Part shown: piece by piece, positions 36,592-45,788 of the stretch | Numbering within the stretch: the stretch's first letter is position 1 | Layout of the letters: each line of letters starts with the position of its first letter | Source of the DNA: an uncultured Acidobacteriia bacterium | Lineage (GTDB): Bacteria; Acidobacteriota; Terriglobia; Bryobacterales; Bryobacteraceae | Assembly (NCBI GenBank): GCA_903882645.1 | Contig: CAIRXZ010000148.1 | Span: 6,554 to 70,553 of the forward strand | Reading direction: 5' to 3' | Length of the DNA: 64,000 nucleotides | The notes under the pieces: generated by a model | The model's database searches: none | Seen by the model: the letters and a program-made list of their open reading frames with translations, nothing else | What the model was told of the DNA's origin: nothing | Position numbers and translations under genes: made by a program

Positions 36592-36656
36592 TGGGCGCCA
36601 ACCTCAACTCGACCATACCCTCAAGCCCGTAGCGTCTCCATCCTTCGCCTCTTGAC

Positions 36657-37865
36657 ATGCTAAAGAATCAGCACTATAAGTCGGGTATGCAAGCTCTTGC
36701 CCGAGCCTCCGCCGCCACCCTGATCGTGTGTGCCTGCCTTGGGCCTCTGCCCGCCCAGGAACCGGCCGCGCCAGACCCAACGGCGCTGGTCCGCACGGCC
36801 GATGCCAGCTATTTGCGTGGCGATTACGAAGCGGCCCGGCAGTCGCTTGCGGCGGCCTGGGATCTTCTGCAACAGACGCCGCCCGAAAACCCCGCGCGCT
36901 ACGACGTCCTGAAGCGCCTCGCGTCGGTGCGCGCCGCGGCCGGAGACCTCACCGACGCCGGCAAGTATCTCCAACTGGCCATCGACTGGCGCAAGAGCGC
37001 GCTCGGTCCGGACGATCCTAAGATCGCCGACGATCTGCTCGTTTCCGTGGCGCTCCTCCGGGGCGCAAAGCAGTTCGACCGGGCGTTTGCGCTCTTCCCG
37101 AACATCATCGCCACCCACGCCCGCGCCTACGGGTTCGACAGCCCGCCGGTGGCCGACGACTACTCCCGCATGGCGCAGATTCTCATAGACCAGAAGCAGC
37201 CCGGCGACGCCGCCGCCGCACTCGATGTGGCCCTCGGAGTCCGCACCCGGCTGGCCGGCCCGCTTGACGTTTCTTTGATTCCGATTCTCGACCGGCAGGG
37301 CGAGATTCAGATCGCGCTGCGAGATTATGAGAAAGCCGAGGCGACCTACCGGCATGCGCTGGCCATTCGGGAGACGCTGTATGGAAAGGACGATGCCGAT
37401 CTCATCGCCACGCTCGATGGTCTCGCCTTCTCCTGCTTCAGCGAGAACAAGTTCGACCTTGCAGAGCCGATCTACAAGAGGCTGCTCGCGCTGTGGATCC
37501 AGTCGGCCGGCAACGGCCACCCCATGATCGCCATCACGCTGGACAAGATCTCCGCATTCTACGTAGCGTGGAGGAAATTCGGCCGGGCCAAGGAGTCCGC
37601 CGATCGGGCCAACGTGGTTCGCGCCAGCTTCCTGGCCAACGGGCTGGCCGCGGAGGCTTCCGAGCAGGTGGCGGAGGAAAACACCGGCGCCGCCAAGGCC
37701 CTCTACCAGCGCGTCATCAAGGTCCTCGACCCGCCCGATCCCATGTACGAAAAACTGCGCGCCGATACCGCGCTCATCCTGCAAAAAATGGACGAGCTGA
37801 CGCCGCCGCGCCCTCAGCCCAAGAAGCCCTCCGCGGCCGGCAAGAAGCCCGGCGCGGGTTTGTAG
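36657..37865 (+). CDS. Secreted tetratricopeptide-repeat protein
   Basis: Signal peptide plus repeated TPR_12-like units (Y..A...Y..AL.I....LG..HP). Confidence 0.75.
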   Translation: MLKNQHYKSGMQALARASAATLIVCACLGPLPAQEPAAPDPTALVRTADASYLRGDYEAARQSLAAAWDLLQQTPPENPARYDVLKRLASVRAAAGDLTDAGKYLQLAIDWRKSALGPDDPKIADDLLVSVALLRGAKQFDRAFALFPNIIATHARAYGFDSPPVADDYSRMAQILIDQKQPGDAAAALDVALGVRTRLAGPLDVSLIPILDRQGEIQIALRDYEKAEATYRHALAIRETLYGKDDADLIATLDGLAFSCFSENKFDLAEPIYKRLLALWIQSAGNGHPMIAITLDKISAFYVAWRKFGRAKESADRANVVRASFLANGLAAEASEQVAEENTGAAKALYQRVIKVLDPPDPMYEKLRADTALILQKMDELTPPRPQPKKPSAAGKKPGAGL

Positions 37866-37905
37866 ACTTAGCGAAAGGGCGGCGGTCCCCTACCGGGAGC
37901 GGACC

Positions 37906-37935
37906 CAAGAAGGCAGACCGGGAGGTCCGCCCCAC
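37906..37935 (+). repeat. Hairpin-GCCCCAC repeat
   Basis: Identical 30-mer to 17263..17292. Confidence 0.9.
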
Positions 37936-37951
37936 AGGTTGCTAAGATTGA

Positions 37952-38827
37952 ATGAGGTTCCCTATGGACCGTCCGGCCACCGCCAATCCCGCCACAGCCC
38001 GGGAGATCATCCTCGAAATCGTGCGGAATATGCGTGAGGGTCTGGAGCCGCTGCATTACTCGACCCTCGCGCCGGCCATCTACCATGTGTACCTGCATCC
38101 CGGAGACATGGAGCGTCTTCGCGGCATCTTTCCCCGCATCGCCGATGAGGCGCGCCGGGCCCTCGACGCGGAGCTGGACTCGCTCAACCGCGCCTCGTTC
38201 GCGGAGCGCTTGAAGCTCGCCCGCCGCTCCGAGCCTCGTATCGCGCCGCCGGAGGGCGGCTGGCAGGTCCAAATTCTGGAAAACACCGACGACGACGCCG
38301 AGCCCGGCGACATCGTGATCTATTCGGAGCTGGCCATGCCCGCCAAACCCGAGTTCGGTGGCGGAGCGATGACCAAGCGCATCGCCACGCGCCGTTTGGG
38401 CGGCGCGCAAACCGCCGCGCAGCCGGTCTATGAACAGGCCCCCAGCCCCGAGGCCGCGCCGCAAGGCGCCTGCGCCGTGATCGAGTACGAAGACAACGGC
38501 GGCAAGAAGACCTACCGCATGACCAAGGACGAAATCGTGGCCGGGCGCGGCGGGCGCGACTATTGGACCGACCTCAAGTTCGACACGCTGCCCGACGTTT
38601 CGCGCGAGCATTTCCGGCTGCGGCGCGATCCCGCGAGCGGCAGGTTTTTCCTCAAGGACCTGAGCCGTCTCGGCACTACCGTCAATGGCGAGAAGGCCCC
38701 CTCGAGCGTCGAGTTCGTCGAGGGCGAGAAGCGCGACCGCAACCTCGAAGCGCCGGTCCCGGACCGGGCGCGCATCGGCTTGGCGGATGTGCTCTTTCTC
38801 GATTTCCGAAGCGCATCGAATGGCTAA
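37952..38827 (+). CDS. FhaA-like protein (DUF3662-like N-terminus + C-terminal FHA domain)
   Basis: N-terminal LAPAIYHVYLHPGDMERL pattern. C-terminal FHA core IVAGRG...VSREHFRL...FLKDLSRLGTTVNGE. Confidence 0.8.
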   Translation: MRFPMDRPATANPATAREIILEIVRNMREGLEPLHYSTLAPAIYHVYLHPGDMERLRGIFPRIADEARRALDAELDSLNRASFAERLKLARRSEPRIAPPEGGWQVQILENTDDDAEPGDIVIYSELAMPAKPEFGGGAMTKRIATRRLGGAQTAAQPVYEQAPSPEAAPQGACAVIEYEDNGGKKTYRMTKDEIVAGRGGRDYWTDLKFDTLPDVSREHFRLRRDPASGRFFLKDLSRLGTTVNGEKAPSSVEFVEGEKRDRNLEAPVPDRARIGLADVLFLDFRSASNG

Positions 38828-40337
38828 GACAAAGGTAAAGTGCGCGGGGGCGAGCGATCTGGGCCTGATGCGCCGGAACAACGAAGACGCGTTTTACATC
38901 GACGCCGACCGCGGCATTTTCCTGGTGGTGGACGGCATCGGAGGGCAGGCGGCCGGCGAAAAGGCCGCGGAGATCGCGATCGAGCGCGTGCGCGCGCGCC
39001 TGGAGCGGCGAACCGGCGCGGCGGAGCAGCGCGTTCGCGAAGCCATCGCCGTGGCGAACAACGAAATCCTGCGCGTGGCGCGCTCCAACAAGGAGTGGGA
39101 AGGCATGGCCTGCGTGCTCACGCTGGCGGTGCTGGAAAATGGCTCGGCCGTGGCGGGGCACGTGGGCGATTCGCGCCTGTACCACGTTCGCGGCGGCCAG
39201 ATCCGCAAGATCACGCACGACCATTCGCCGGTGGGCGAGCGCGAAGACAGCGGCGAGCTGACCGAAACCGAGGCCATGCGCCACCCCCGCCGCAACGAGG
39301 TGTTCCGCGACGTAGGCTCGGAAGAGCACGCCCCCGACGACCCCGACTTCATCGAGATCCAGCGCTTTCCCTTCGAGCCGGACAGCGCACTGGTACTGTG
39401 CAGCGACGGACTGAGCGACCAGGTGGCTTCGCAGCGGATTTGCGACGAGGTAATTCGCAACGCCGGATCTCCCGATTCGGCGGCGCGCCAGTTGATCGGA
39501 CTGGCGAACCGCGCCGGCGGCAAGGATAATGTCACCGTCGTGGTGGTGGAAGGCGAGGAGTTCGCGGATGCGGCGCGTCCCGAGATGGGCGGCCGCGGGG
39601 CCTTTCCCCGCTGGGCGCAACTGGCGGCCGGATGCGTCCTCTCGCTGGGTCTGGGATTTCTGGCGGGCCGGATGTCGGCGCCCAAGCCGCCCAAGCCGGC
39701 GCCGCCCGCGCGCGTCCTGACGGCCGGCCCCGGCGCGGCGTTCGGGAGCATTTCCGAGGCCCTGGCGCAGGCCCGCCCAGGCGATGCGGTCGAGGTATTG
39801 GCCGGGGAGTACGCCGAACAGGTGCGGCTCAAGAGCGGCGTGACCTTGCGCGCCCGCGACGCCATTCTCCGCGCCGCGCCGATGGGCAACGGCCCCGCCG
39901 TCATCGCGGAGCGGGTTGCGAACGCCCGCGTCACGGGCTTCCGTATTGAAGCCGGCGACGACGCGCCGCTACCGGTGGGAATCCTCCTGACCGATTCGGA
40001 CGTGGAGTTGGAGGACATCGAGGTGTCCGGCGCGGGTGTCGGAATCGAGATCCGCGGCGCCGCCAAACCCGTGCTGCGCGCCAACTCGATCCACGATTGC
40101 ACGGACGTTGGCATCCTGATTTCCGGCCCGTCGGAGCCCTGGATCTCGCACAATACGCTGCGCGGCAACACCATCGGGCTGGCCGCCCGCGACGGCGCGC
40201 GGCCCGCCTTGTCCGGGAACGTTTTCGACGGGAACGGCGCGACCCTGCCGCCGGAGATTTCCATGGCCGATGTGCGCGCGCGCAATTTGTTCGTGAACAT
40301 CAAACCCGCCCGCTCCCGAGGCCGCAAGAAGCCATGA
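38820..40337 (+). CDS. PP2C Ser/Thr phosphatase fused to a TM helix and an extracytoplasmic parallel beta-helix domain
   Basis: Inner ATG at 38820 (8-nt overlap with the FHA gene). PP2C motifs RRNNEDAF, VVDGIGG, GDSRLY and GGKDNVTVVVV. TM helix WAQLAAGCVLSLGLGFLAG. Then repeated 22-25-aa beta-helix turns (VTGFRIEAG, VELEDIEVSGAGVGIEIRG, NSIHDCTDVGILISG, NTLRGNTIGLAA). Confidence 0.8.
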   Translation: MAKTKVKCAGASDLGLMRRNNEDAFYIDADRGIFLVVDGIGGQAAGEKAAEIAIERVRARLERRTGAAEQRVREAIAVANNEILRVARSNKEWEGMACVLTLAVLENGSAVAGHVGDSRLYHVRGGQIRKITHDHSPVGEREDSGELTETEAMRHPRRNEVFRDVGSEEHAPDDPDFIEIQRFPFEPDSALVLCSDGLSDQVASQRICDEVIRNAGSPDSAARQLIGLANRAGGKDNVTVVVVEGEEFADAARPEMGGRGAFPRWAQLAAGCVLSLGLGFLAGRMSAPKPPKPAPPARVLTAGPGAAFGSISEALAQARPGDAVEVLAGEYAEQVRLKSGVTLRARDAILRAAPMGNGPAVIAERVANARVTGFRIEAGDDAPLPVGILLTDSDVELEDIEVSGAGVGIEIRGAAKPVLRANSIHDCTDVGILISGPSEPWISHNTLRGNTIGLAARDGARPALSGNVFDGNGATLPPEISMADVRARNLFVNIKPARSRGRKKP

Positions 40338-42346
40338 TCGCCCCGGCCGGCCGCAGACTCGGCAAGTACGAGATCCGCCGCAAGCTCGGCCGCGGCGGAA
40401 TGGCCGATGTCTACCTGGCGGAGGACGCGGAAAGCAGAGGCCTGGTCGCGCTGAAGCTCATCGAACACAGCGAGGACGCCGATACGCGCGATTTCATCGA
40501 CGCCGAGCGCCGCGGCGCGGGATTGCAGGCGCGCCTGGCGGCGGTCGATTCGCGCGTGACCCGCGTCTACGACGTGGGCGACATCGACGGCTTCTTCTTC
40601 GTCGCCATGGAATACATCGATGGCCAGGATCTCGCGGACCTGATGCGGCGCGGCCCGCTGGCGGTGGAGTTCGCCGCGGATGTGGCCATCGCGGTGGCCG
40701 GAGCGCTGGAGAGCGCACACGGTTTGCACGTGGCCATCGAGGGCAAGGACTTTCAGGGCATCGTGCACGGCGATATCAAGCCGAAGAACATCCGCATCGA
40801 TTCCCACGGCGAAGTGCGCGTGCTCGATTTCGGTATCGCCAAGGCGCTCTCACTGTCGCGCCGGCTCACGCGCAACGAATTCGGCAGCGTCCCGTACGCT
40901 TCGCCGGAGCGCCTGGATTCGGGCCAGGTGGACGCCCAGTGCGATCTTTGGTCGCTGGCCGTGATGTTCTACGAGATGGTCACGGGCCTGCAGCCCTACC
41001 AGGCCGCGAACACCGAACACCTGGAGCGCATGATCCGTTCGCGGATTCCGCCGCCTCCCGCCCCCGACCCTTGCCCGGAGCCGCTGCGCCGCATCCTGGC
41101 GAAGGCCATGGCGCCGGATCCCGCCCTGCGCTATGCCACCGCGGGCGACCTTGCCGCCGACCTCGGCGCCTTCCGCCGCGGCGAGCCGGTGCGGGCCATG
41201 ACCGAGGATCTCGAGGCCACCGGCCGCACCCCGGCGATAGGGGACGATGCCACCCGCCGCACCGCGCCACGCCCAGGCGCGCCGGGGGAAGAGACGCGCC
41301 AAACCGCGCCGGCGGGGCAGAGCATCGTTTCTCGTGGTCCGCCGCCGCCCGTGGCCCGCGCCGAATGGCCGTACGCCAGCGGCCGCGAGCCGCCCGGCGC
41401 TTTGACCGTCATGACCATGCGCGGGGTCGCGGCGTTGGCAGTGGCCGCGGCGATCTTCCTTGCGTGGTCGGCGGTTTCCGCCTATCGGCTGTACGGGCGC
41501 GGCCAGGATTTCGAGCGCCAGGTGGAGACCGAACAGCTCACCGACCTGGACCAGATCTGGGGCAGGTGGACGGAACTTTCCAAGGGGCATTCCTCGTCTT
41601 GGCTGTTACGGGGACCGGGAGACGCGATGAAGCGGAAATTCGCCGAGGCGGCCGGACGCGTGATTGACTCCTACCGCAACGACGCGCAGCAGTTGTACGA
41701 GGCCGATTGGCGCCGCGCCCGCACGTACCTGACCCGCGCCTTGGCGGCCGGACCCGATGGAACCGTCCTCGGAGATCTGCGCCTGTGCGACGGGCACCTC
41801 GCGCGCATCAATGGCACGGCCCATCGCAGCCCCGCGGCGTTGAACGAGGCGGTTCAGGACTTCAACGAAGCCCAAAGCCTGATGCCGAACTCGCCCGACC
41901 CGGAGCTGGGCTTGGCGCGCGTCTACGTCTACGGCCTCAAGGACATCGACAAAGCCAACGAGGCGCTTCAGCAAGCCGCCAAGCGCGGATACACGCCCGG
42001 CAACCGCGACAAGGCGCAGCTTGCGGACGGATATTGCGACCGGGCCGACCGGCTTTGGTGGGACTCCCGCAACGTGCGCGGTTTGCCTCAGGAGAAGGAC
42101 CGGATCGGGCGCGCGGCCGCGGATTATCGAACCGCCCTCGGACTGTACCAGAGCGTCGCGCCCTATGGAAACGCGAACGCCCGGATCGTGCGCATCCAGA
42201 ACGACCTCGAGAGCGTGAACACGCGGTTGCAGCAGATCGAGCTGAGCGAGGCCGGAGGGCCGGCGGTGGGATCCGCCATCAACGCCGTCCGCCGCTTGTT
42301 GCAGCAGATCGCGCCGAGCAAAGCGGGAGGGCCGGTGCAGCAGTGA
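40334..42346 (+). CDS. Hanks-type Ser/Thr protein kinase with TM helix and extracytoplasmic helical (TPR-like) domain
   Basis: ATGA overlap with the PP2C gene. GRGGMADVYLA, ALK, HGDIKPKNI, DFGIAK and APE-like SPE motifs. TM helix VAALAVAAAIFLAWSAV. Confidence 0.88.
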   Translation: MIAPAGRRLGKYEIRRKLGRGGMADVYLAEDAESRGLVALKLIEHSEDADTRDFIDAERRGAGLQARLAAVDSRVTRVYDVGDIDGFFFVAMEYIDGQDLADLMRRGPLAVEFAADVAIAVAGALESAHGLHVAIEGKDFQGIVHGDIKPKNIRIDSHGEVRVLDFGIAKALSLSRRLTRNEFGSVPYASPERLDSGQVDAQCDLWSLAVMFYEMVTGLQPYQAANTEHLERMIRSRIPPPPAPDPCPEPLRRILAKAMAPDPALRYATAGDLAADLGAFRRGEPVRAMTEDLEATGRTPAIGDDATRRTAPRPGAPGEETRQTAPAGQSIVSRGPPPPVARAEWPYASGREPPGALTVMTMRGVAALAVAAAIFLAWSAVSAYRLYGRGQDFERQVETEQLTDLDQIWGRWTELSKGHSSSWLLRGPGDAMKRKFAEAAGRVIDSYRNDAQQLYEADWRRARTYLTRALAAGPDGTVLGDLRLCDGHLARINGTAHRSPAALNEAVQDFNEAQSLMPNSPDPELGLARVYVYGLKDIDKANEALQQAAKRGYTPGNRDKAQLADGYCDRADRLWWDSRNVRGLPQEKDRIGRAAADYRTALGLYQSVAPYGNANARIVRIQNDLESVNTRLQQIELSEAGGPAVGSAINAVRRLLQQIAPSKAGGPVQQ

Positions 42347-42373
42347 AAAGCCGTTGTGGCGCACGCCCGTGGG

Positions 42374-42457
42374 GCAGGCTTTTCAGCCTGCGGACCCGCT
42401 TTCCAGCGGGTCCAGCCGGCCGGAAGGCCGGCTTGCGGGCAAGATTGCCCGCCCCAC
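42374..42457 (+). repeat. Array of four consecutive GC-rich hairpins (last ends in GCCCCAC)
   Basis: gcaggct-tttc-agcctgc; ggacccgc-tttcca-gcgggtcc; gccggcc-ggaa-ggccggc; gcgggca-aga-ttgcccgc+cccac. Lies between the kinase stop and the SEDS::PBP start. Confidence 0.85.
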
Positions 42458-42470
42458 CCAGGTACCGCCC

Positions 42471-45400
42471 ATGGCTATAACTCGCAGCCGAATCACGGAC
42501 CGCGCGGAAATCCGGCGTCCGCGGGGAGGCCGCGCGGCCTGGCGGCGCACCGAGTTTGTGTGGATGCTGGCGGCCGGCATCCTGGCGGGAATCGGCCTGT
42601 TCCAGGTTTACAGGGCCAAGTCCCAGCCGTTCGAGGAGATCTCGAAGGCTCTGGCGGCGAAGCGCGCGATCGATCTGAACGGTCTTTCCGCGCGCGAGGA
42701 CTTGCTGCCCGCGCTCGCCATGTTCCCCGACCCTTCGGAGCGCGAATTCGTGGCGCGCAAGATCTACTACCTCTCCGGCGGGCTTGCGAACGTGGGCGCC
42801 ATCGCGCGCATCCGCGCGACCGCCGATGAAATCGGCCGCGGCCGCGCGTTGCAGGGCCTTCGCGCCCGGCTTGGCGGACGCGATTCGATGCCCCTGCTCA
42901 GCCCCGAGCAGCTTCGCGATCTGAAGCCGATGTTCGTGGTGCGCCGGCCGGAACGGTTCCGGCGCGCGTTCCTGCTGTGGACCGGCATCTTCTTCGCGGC
43001 GTTCCTGCTGGCGCACGCGTGGTGGAGCATCCGCGGGTTTCGCGGCGACCAGTGGATGCTGCCCGCGCTCCTGCTGCTCACCGGCGCCGGGCTGACTCTC
43101 ATGACCGGGATGCGCGACCCGCTTCGCGATAACCTCCTGTTCGTGGATTTCGCCCAAGGCGTGGCGGGCGGCGCGGCGTTGTTGGTGGCCGCCAGCGCGC
43201 TCGATTTCGAACGCCTGCTCGGGAAATTGAGCTTCGTCCCGCTGCTCGGCAGCCTGGCGCTTTCCGTGCTGCTGATCCTGTTTGGCAATGGCCCGGGATC
43301 GAGCGACGCCAAGGTCAACCTCCTGGGCTTTCAGCCGGTGGAGTTGATTCGCATCCTGCTGGTCCTGTTCCTGGCCGGGTATTTCGCGAACCGCTGGGAC
43401 GTGCTGCGGCACGCGCGCGAGACGCGCGCATCCGTCTCCGCGCTGACCAGGCATCTCGATATCCCGCCGCTCGAGTACACCATTCCGGTGCTGGCCTCGG
43501 TCGCGCTGTCGCTGGTCTTCTTCTTCCTGCAAAAGGATATGGGGCCGGCGCTGGTGTTCGGCTGCCTGTTTCTCACGCTCTACGGCATGGCGCGCGGGAG
43601 CGCGTTCGTGCCCGCGGCCGGCCTCGCGCTGCTGGCCGCGGGTTTTGTTGCCGGGTATGCGATCGGCGTTCCGCACACGGTGAGCCAGCGCGTCGCCATG
43701 TGGCTTTCTCCATGGGACAACCTGGTACACGGGGGCGACCAGTTGGCGCACTCGCTGTGGGCGTTCTCCACCGGCGGCTTGTGGGGCGCCGGAATCGGGC
43801 TGGGCAGCCCGCAGCTCGTACCCGCGGCGCACACCGATCTGATCCTCTCCGCGTTGGGCGAGGAACTCGGTTTTTGGGGCGTGGCGGCGGCGTTCGCGCT
43901 CTACGCCATGATCGTCTGGCGCGCGTTTCGCATCGCCCTGCGCGCGCGCACAGACTACGAGTTCTTCCTGGCGGCCGGACTGGCGGCGGCCACGGCGTTG
44001 CAGTTGCTCGTCATCGCCTGCGGCGCGCTGGGCGTCATGCCGCTCACCGGCGTGGTGACGCCGTTCCTGAGCTACGGGCGCTCGGCCATGCTGGCCAATT
44101 TCCTGGTGATTGGAATTCTGCTTTCGATTTCGGACCGGGGCGGGGAAACGGACCGAACCATTCCTTTCCGGCCGGCGGCGATGGTAGCCGGCGCCGTCTT
44201 CGCCGCCGTGGGCGCCGCCGCGCTGGCCAAGGCCGGCTACGTGCAAGTGGCGCGCGACGAGGCGGTGATGGCGCAGGGCACGCTGGTGGTGCAGGCCGAC
44301 GGCGCGAGGCGCTATCAGTACAACCCGCGATTTCAAGAGGTCATGAACGAGATTCCCAAAGGCTCCATTTACGACCGCAACGGCTTGCCACTCGCCAGCA
44401 GCGATTGGAGCGAACTCGAGAAGCACCGCGCCGAGTACCGTCAGCTCGGCATCGATATCGACTTGGCCTGCGCGCGCGCGGAGAGCCGCCACTACCCGTT
44501 CGGCGGGCTGATGTTCGACCTGCTCGGAGACCTGCGCACGCGCGAGCGATGGGGCGCGGGCAATACGTCGTTCGTGGAGCGCGATTCGGCGCGCAGGCTG
44601 CGCGGCTACGACGACCGGCCCACGCTGGTGGAAGTGAGGAATCCCAAGACCAAGGCGATGGAGCGCGTCCTCCGCTACGATTACCGCGAGCTCGTGCCGC
44701 TGCTGCGCCATCGCCACGAGCCCGGCAGCCCCGAGGTGCGCCGCGTGCTCGAACGTCCGCGCGACATCCACATGTCGGTGGACGCGCGGCTTCAAGTGCG
44801 CGTTGGCGAGATCCTGCGCCGGCAGTTGCAGCAGGCCAAGGTGGACAAGGGCGCGGCAGTCGTGCTGGACCCGGCCACGGGCGACCTGCTCGCCGCGGTG
44901 AGCATTCCGCAGCCGGACGAAGCCGCCGCGCAGGGCGCCGGCCAGCGGGCGGACGCCGCCGGCGACGCCGCCAATCCTTATCTCGACCGCGCGCGCTACG
45001 GCCTGTACCCGCCCGGTTCCACGTTCAAAGTAGTGACCGCCATGGCCGCGCTGCGCAAAGATCCGGGGTTGACGCGCAAGACCTACGAGTGCATCCGGCT
45101 GCCCGGCGGGCGCGTGGGCAACACGATCAAGGGATCGAGGCGGCCGATCCGCGACGACGTGGAGGACAAGAACCCTCACGGAACGGTCGACATGGAGCGG
45201 GGCATCGTGGTCTCGTGCAACGCGTACTTCGCCCAACTGGGAACCTACGACGTGGGCGCGGAAGCGCTGCTCGACGCGGCCAACCTGTTGGGCATCGCGG
45301 CCGCCTCGCCGGCGACCGCCGAGCAATTGCGCAAGTCGCTGCCGCAGTCTTCCTACGGTCAGGGGCAGGTGGTGGCGACGCCGTTCCAAATGGCGCGGGT

Positions 45401-45788
45401 GGCGGCCACCGTGGCCAACGGCGGGGCCATGCCGGGGGGCCGCTGGATCACCGATGAAACCAATTCGCGGACCGCCGAGCCGCGCGCCGTGCTGCCGCCC
45501 GAAGCCGCGGGAACCCTGGCGCGCTTCATGCGCGAAGTGGTGACCTCCGGGACGGGACGCCGCGCGGCCGGCGCGAGCGTGGCGATAGCCGGCAAGACCG
45601 GCACGGCCGAGCTTGCCGATGCGCCGTCGCACGCCTGGTTCATCGGTTACGCTCCGTATGGAGCGGGCGCGCGCAAGATCGCCTTCTCCGTGCTGGTGGA
45701 GAATGGAGTATACGGCGGCGCCGCCGCCGCGCCGGCCGGGGCCGCGATCGCCGACGCCGCGGCGAAGTTGGGGCTGATCCAGCCATGA
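42471..45788 (+). CDS. Fused SEDS (FtsW/RodA) glycosyltransferase - class B PBP transpeptidase
   Basis: Inner ATG at 42471. A ~190-aa N-terminal extension, then a SEDS polytopic core (…FQPVELIRILLVLFLAGYF…, …TDLILSALGEELGFWG…, …GVMPLTGVVTPFLSYGRSA…). Then a PBP dimerisation-like region and a transpeptidase with STFK, SCN and KTGT motifs. Confidence 0.85.
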   Translation: MAITRSRITDRAEIRRPRGGRAAWRRTEFVWMLAAGILAGIGLFQVYRAKSQPFEEISKALAAKRAIDLNGLSAREDLLPALAMFPDPSEREFVARKIYYLSGGLANVGAIARIRATADEIGRGRALQGLRARLGGRDSMPLLSPEQLRDLKPMFVVRRPERFRRAFLLWTGIFFAAFLLAHAWWSIRGFRGDQWMLPALLLLTGAGLTLMTGMRDPLRDNLLFVDFAQGVAGGAALLVAASALDFERLLGKLSFVPLLGSLALSVLLILFGNGPGSSDAKVNLLGFQPVELIRILLVLFLAGYFANRWDVLRHARETRASVSALTRHLDIPPLEYTIPVLASVALSLVFFFLQKDMGPALVFGCLFLTLYGMARGSAFVPAAGLALLAAGFVAGYAIGVPHTVSQRVAMWLSPWDNLVHGGDQLAHSLWAFSTGGLWGAGIGLGSPQLVPAAHTDLILSALGEELGFWGVAAAFALYAMIVWRAFRIALRARTDYEFFLAAGLAAATALQLLVIACGALGVMPLTGVVTPFLSYGRSAMLANFLVIGILLSISDRGGETDRTIPFRPAAMVAGAVFAAVGAAALAKAGYVQVARDEAVMAQGTLVVQADGARRYQYNPRFQEVMNEIPKGSIYDRNGLPLASSDWSELEKHRAEYRQLGIDIDLACARAESRHYPFGGLMFDLLGDLRTRERWGAGNTSFVERDSARRLRGYDDRPTLVEVRNPKTKAMERVLRYDYRELVPLLRHRHEPGSPEVRRVLERPRDIHMSVDARLQVRVGEILRRQLQQAKVDKGAAVVLDPATGDLLAAVSIPQPDEAAAQGAGQRADAAGDAANPYLDRARYGLYPPGSTFKVVTAMAALRKDPGLTRKTYECIRLPGGRVGNTIKGSRRPIRDDVEDKNPHGTVDMERGIVVSCNAYFAQLGTYDVGAEALLDAANLLGIAAASPATAEQLRKSLPQSSYGQGQVVATPFQMARVAATVANGGAMPGGRWITDETNSRTAEPRAVLPPEAAGTLARFMREVVTSGTGRRAAGASVAIAGKTGTAELADAPSHAWFIGYAPYGAGARKIAFSVLVENGVYGGAAAAPAGAAIADAAAKLGLIQP

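Noticed and set aside
42374-42457. Possible CRISPR array or other regularly spaced repeats among the hairpin clusters (also at 36308-36392 and 24851-24906).
   Set aside because: The hairpins differ in sequence, are directly adjacent or irregularly spaced, have no unique spacers of constant length, and no cas genes are present.
42279-45632. 1117-aa ORF on the minus strand. The same applies to other long ORFs in the track: 1619..2704(+), 2587..3834(-), 5216..7495(+), 20733..22412(-), 38894..40807(-), 46841..48649(-), 55694..56866(-), 61559..63274(-).
   Set aside because: Each lies antisense to, or out of frame with, a gene that has clear family motifs. Their products are dominated by Arg/Gly/Pro/His/Ala runs typical of shadow ORFs in GC-rich DNA, with no recognisable domains.
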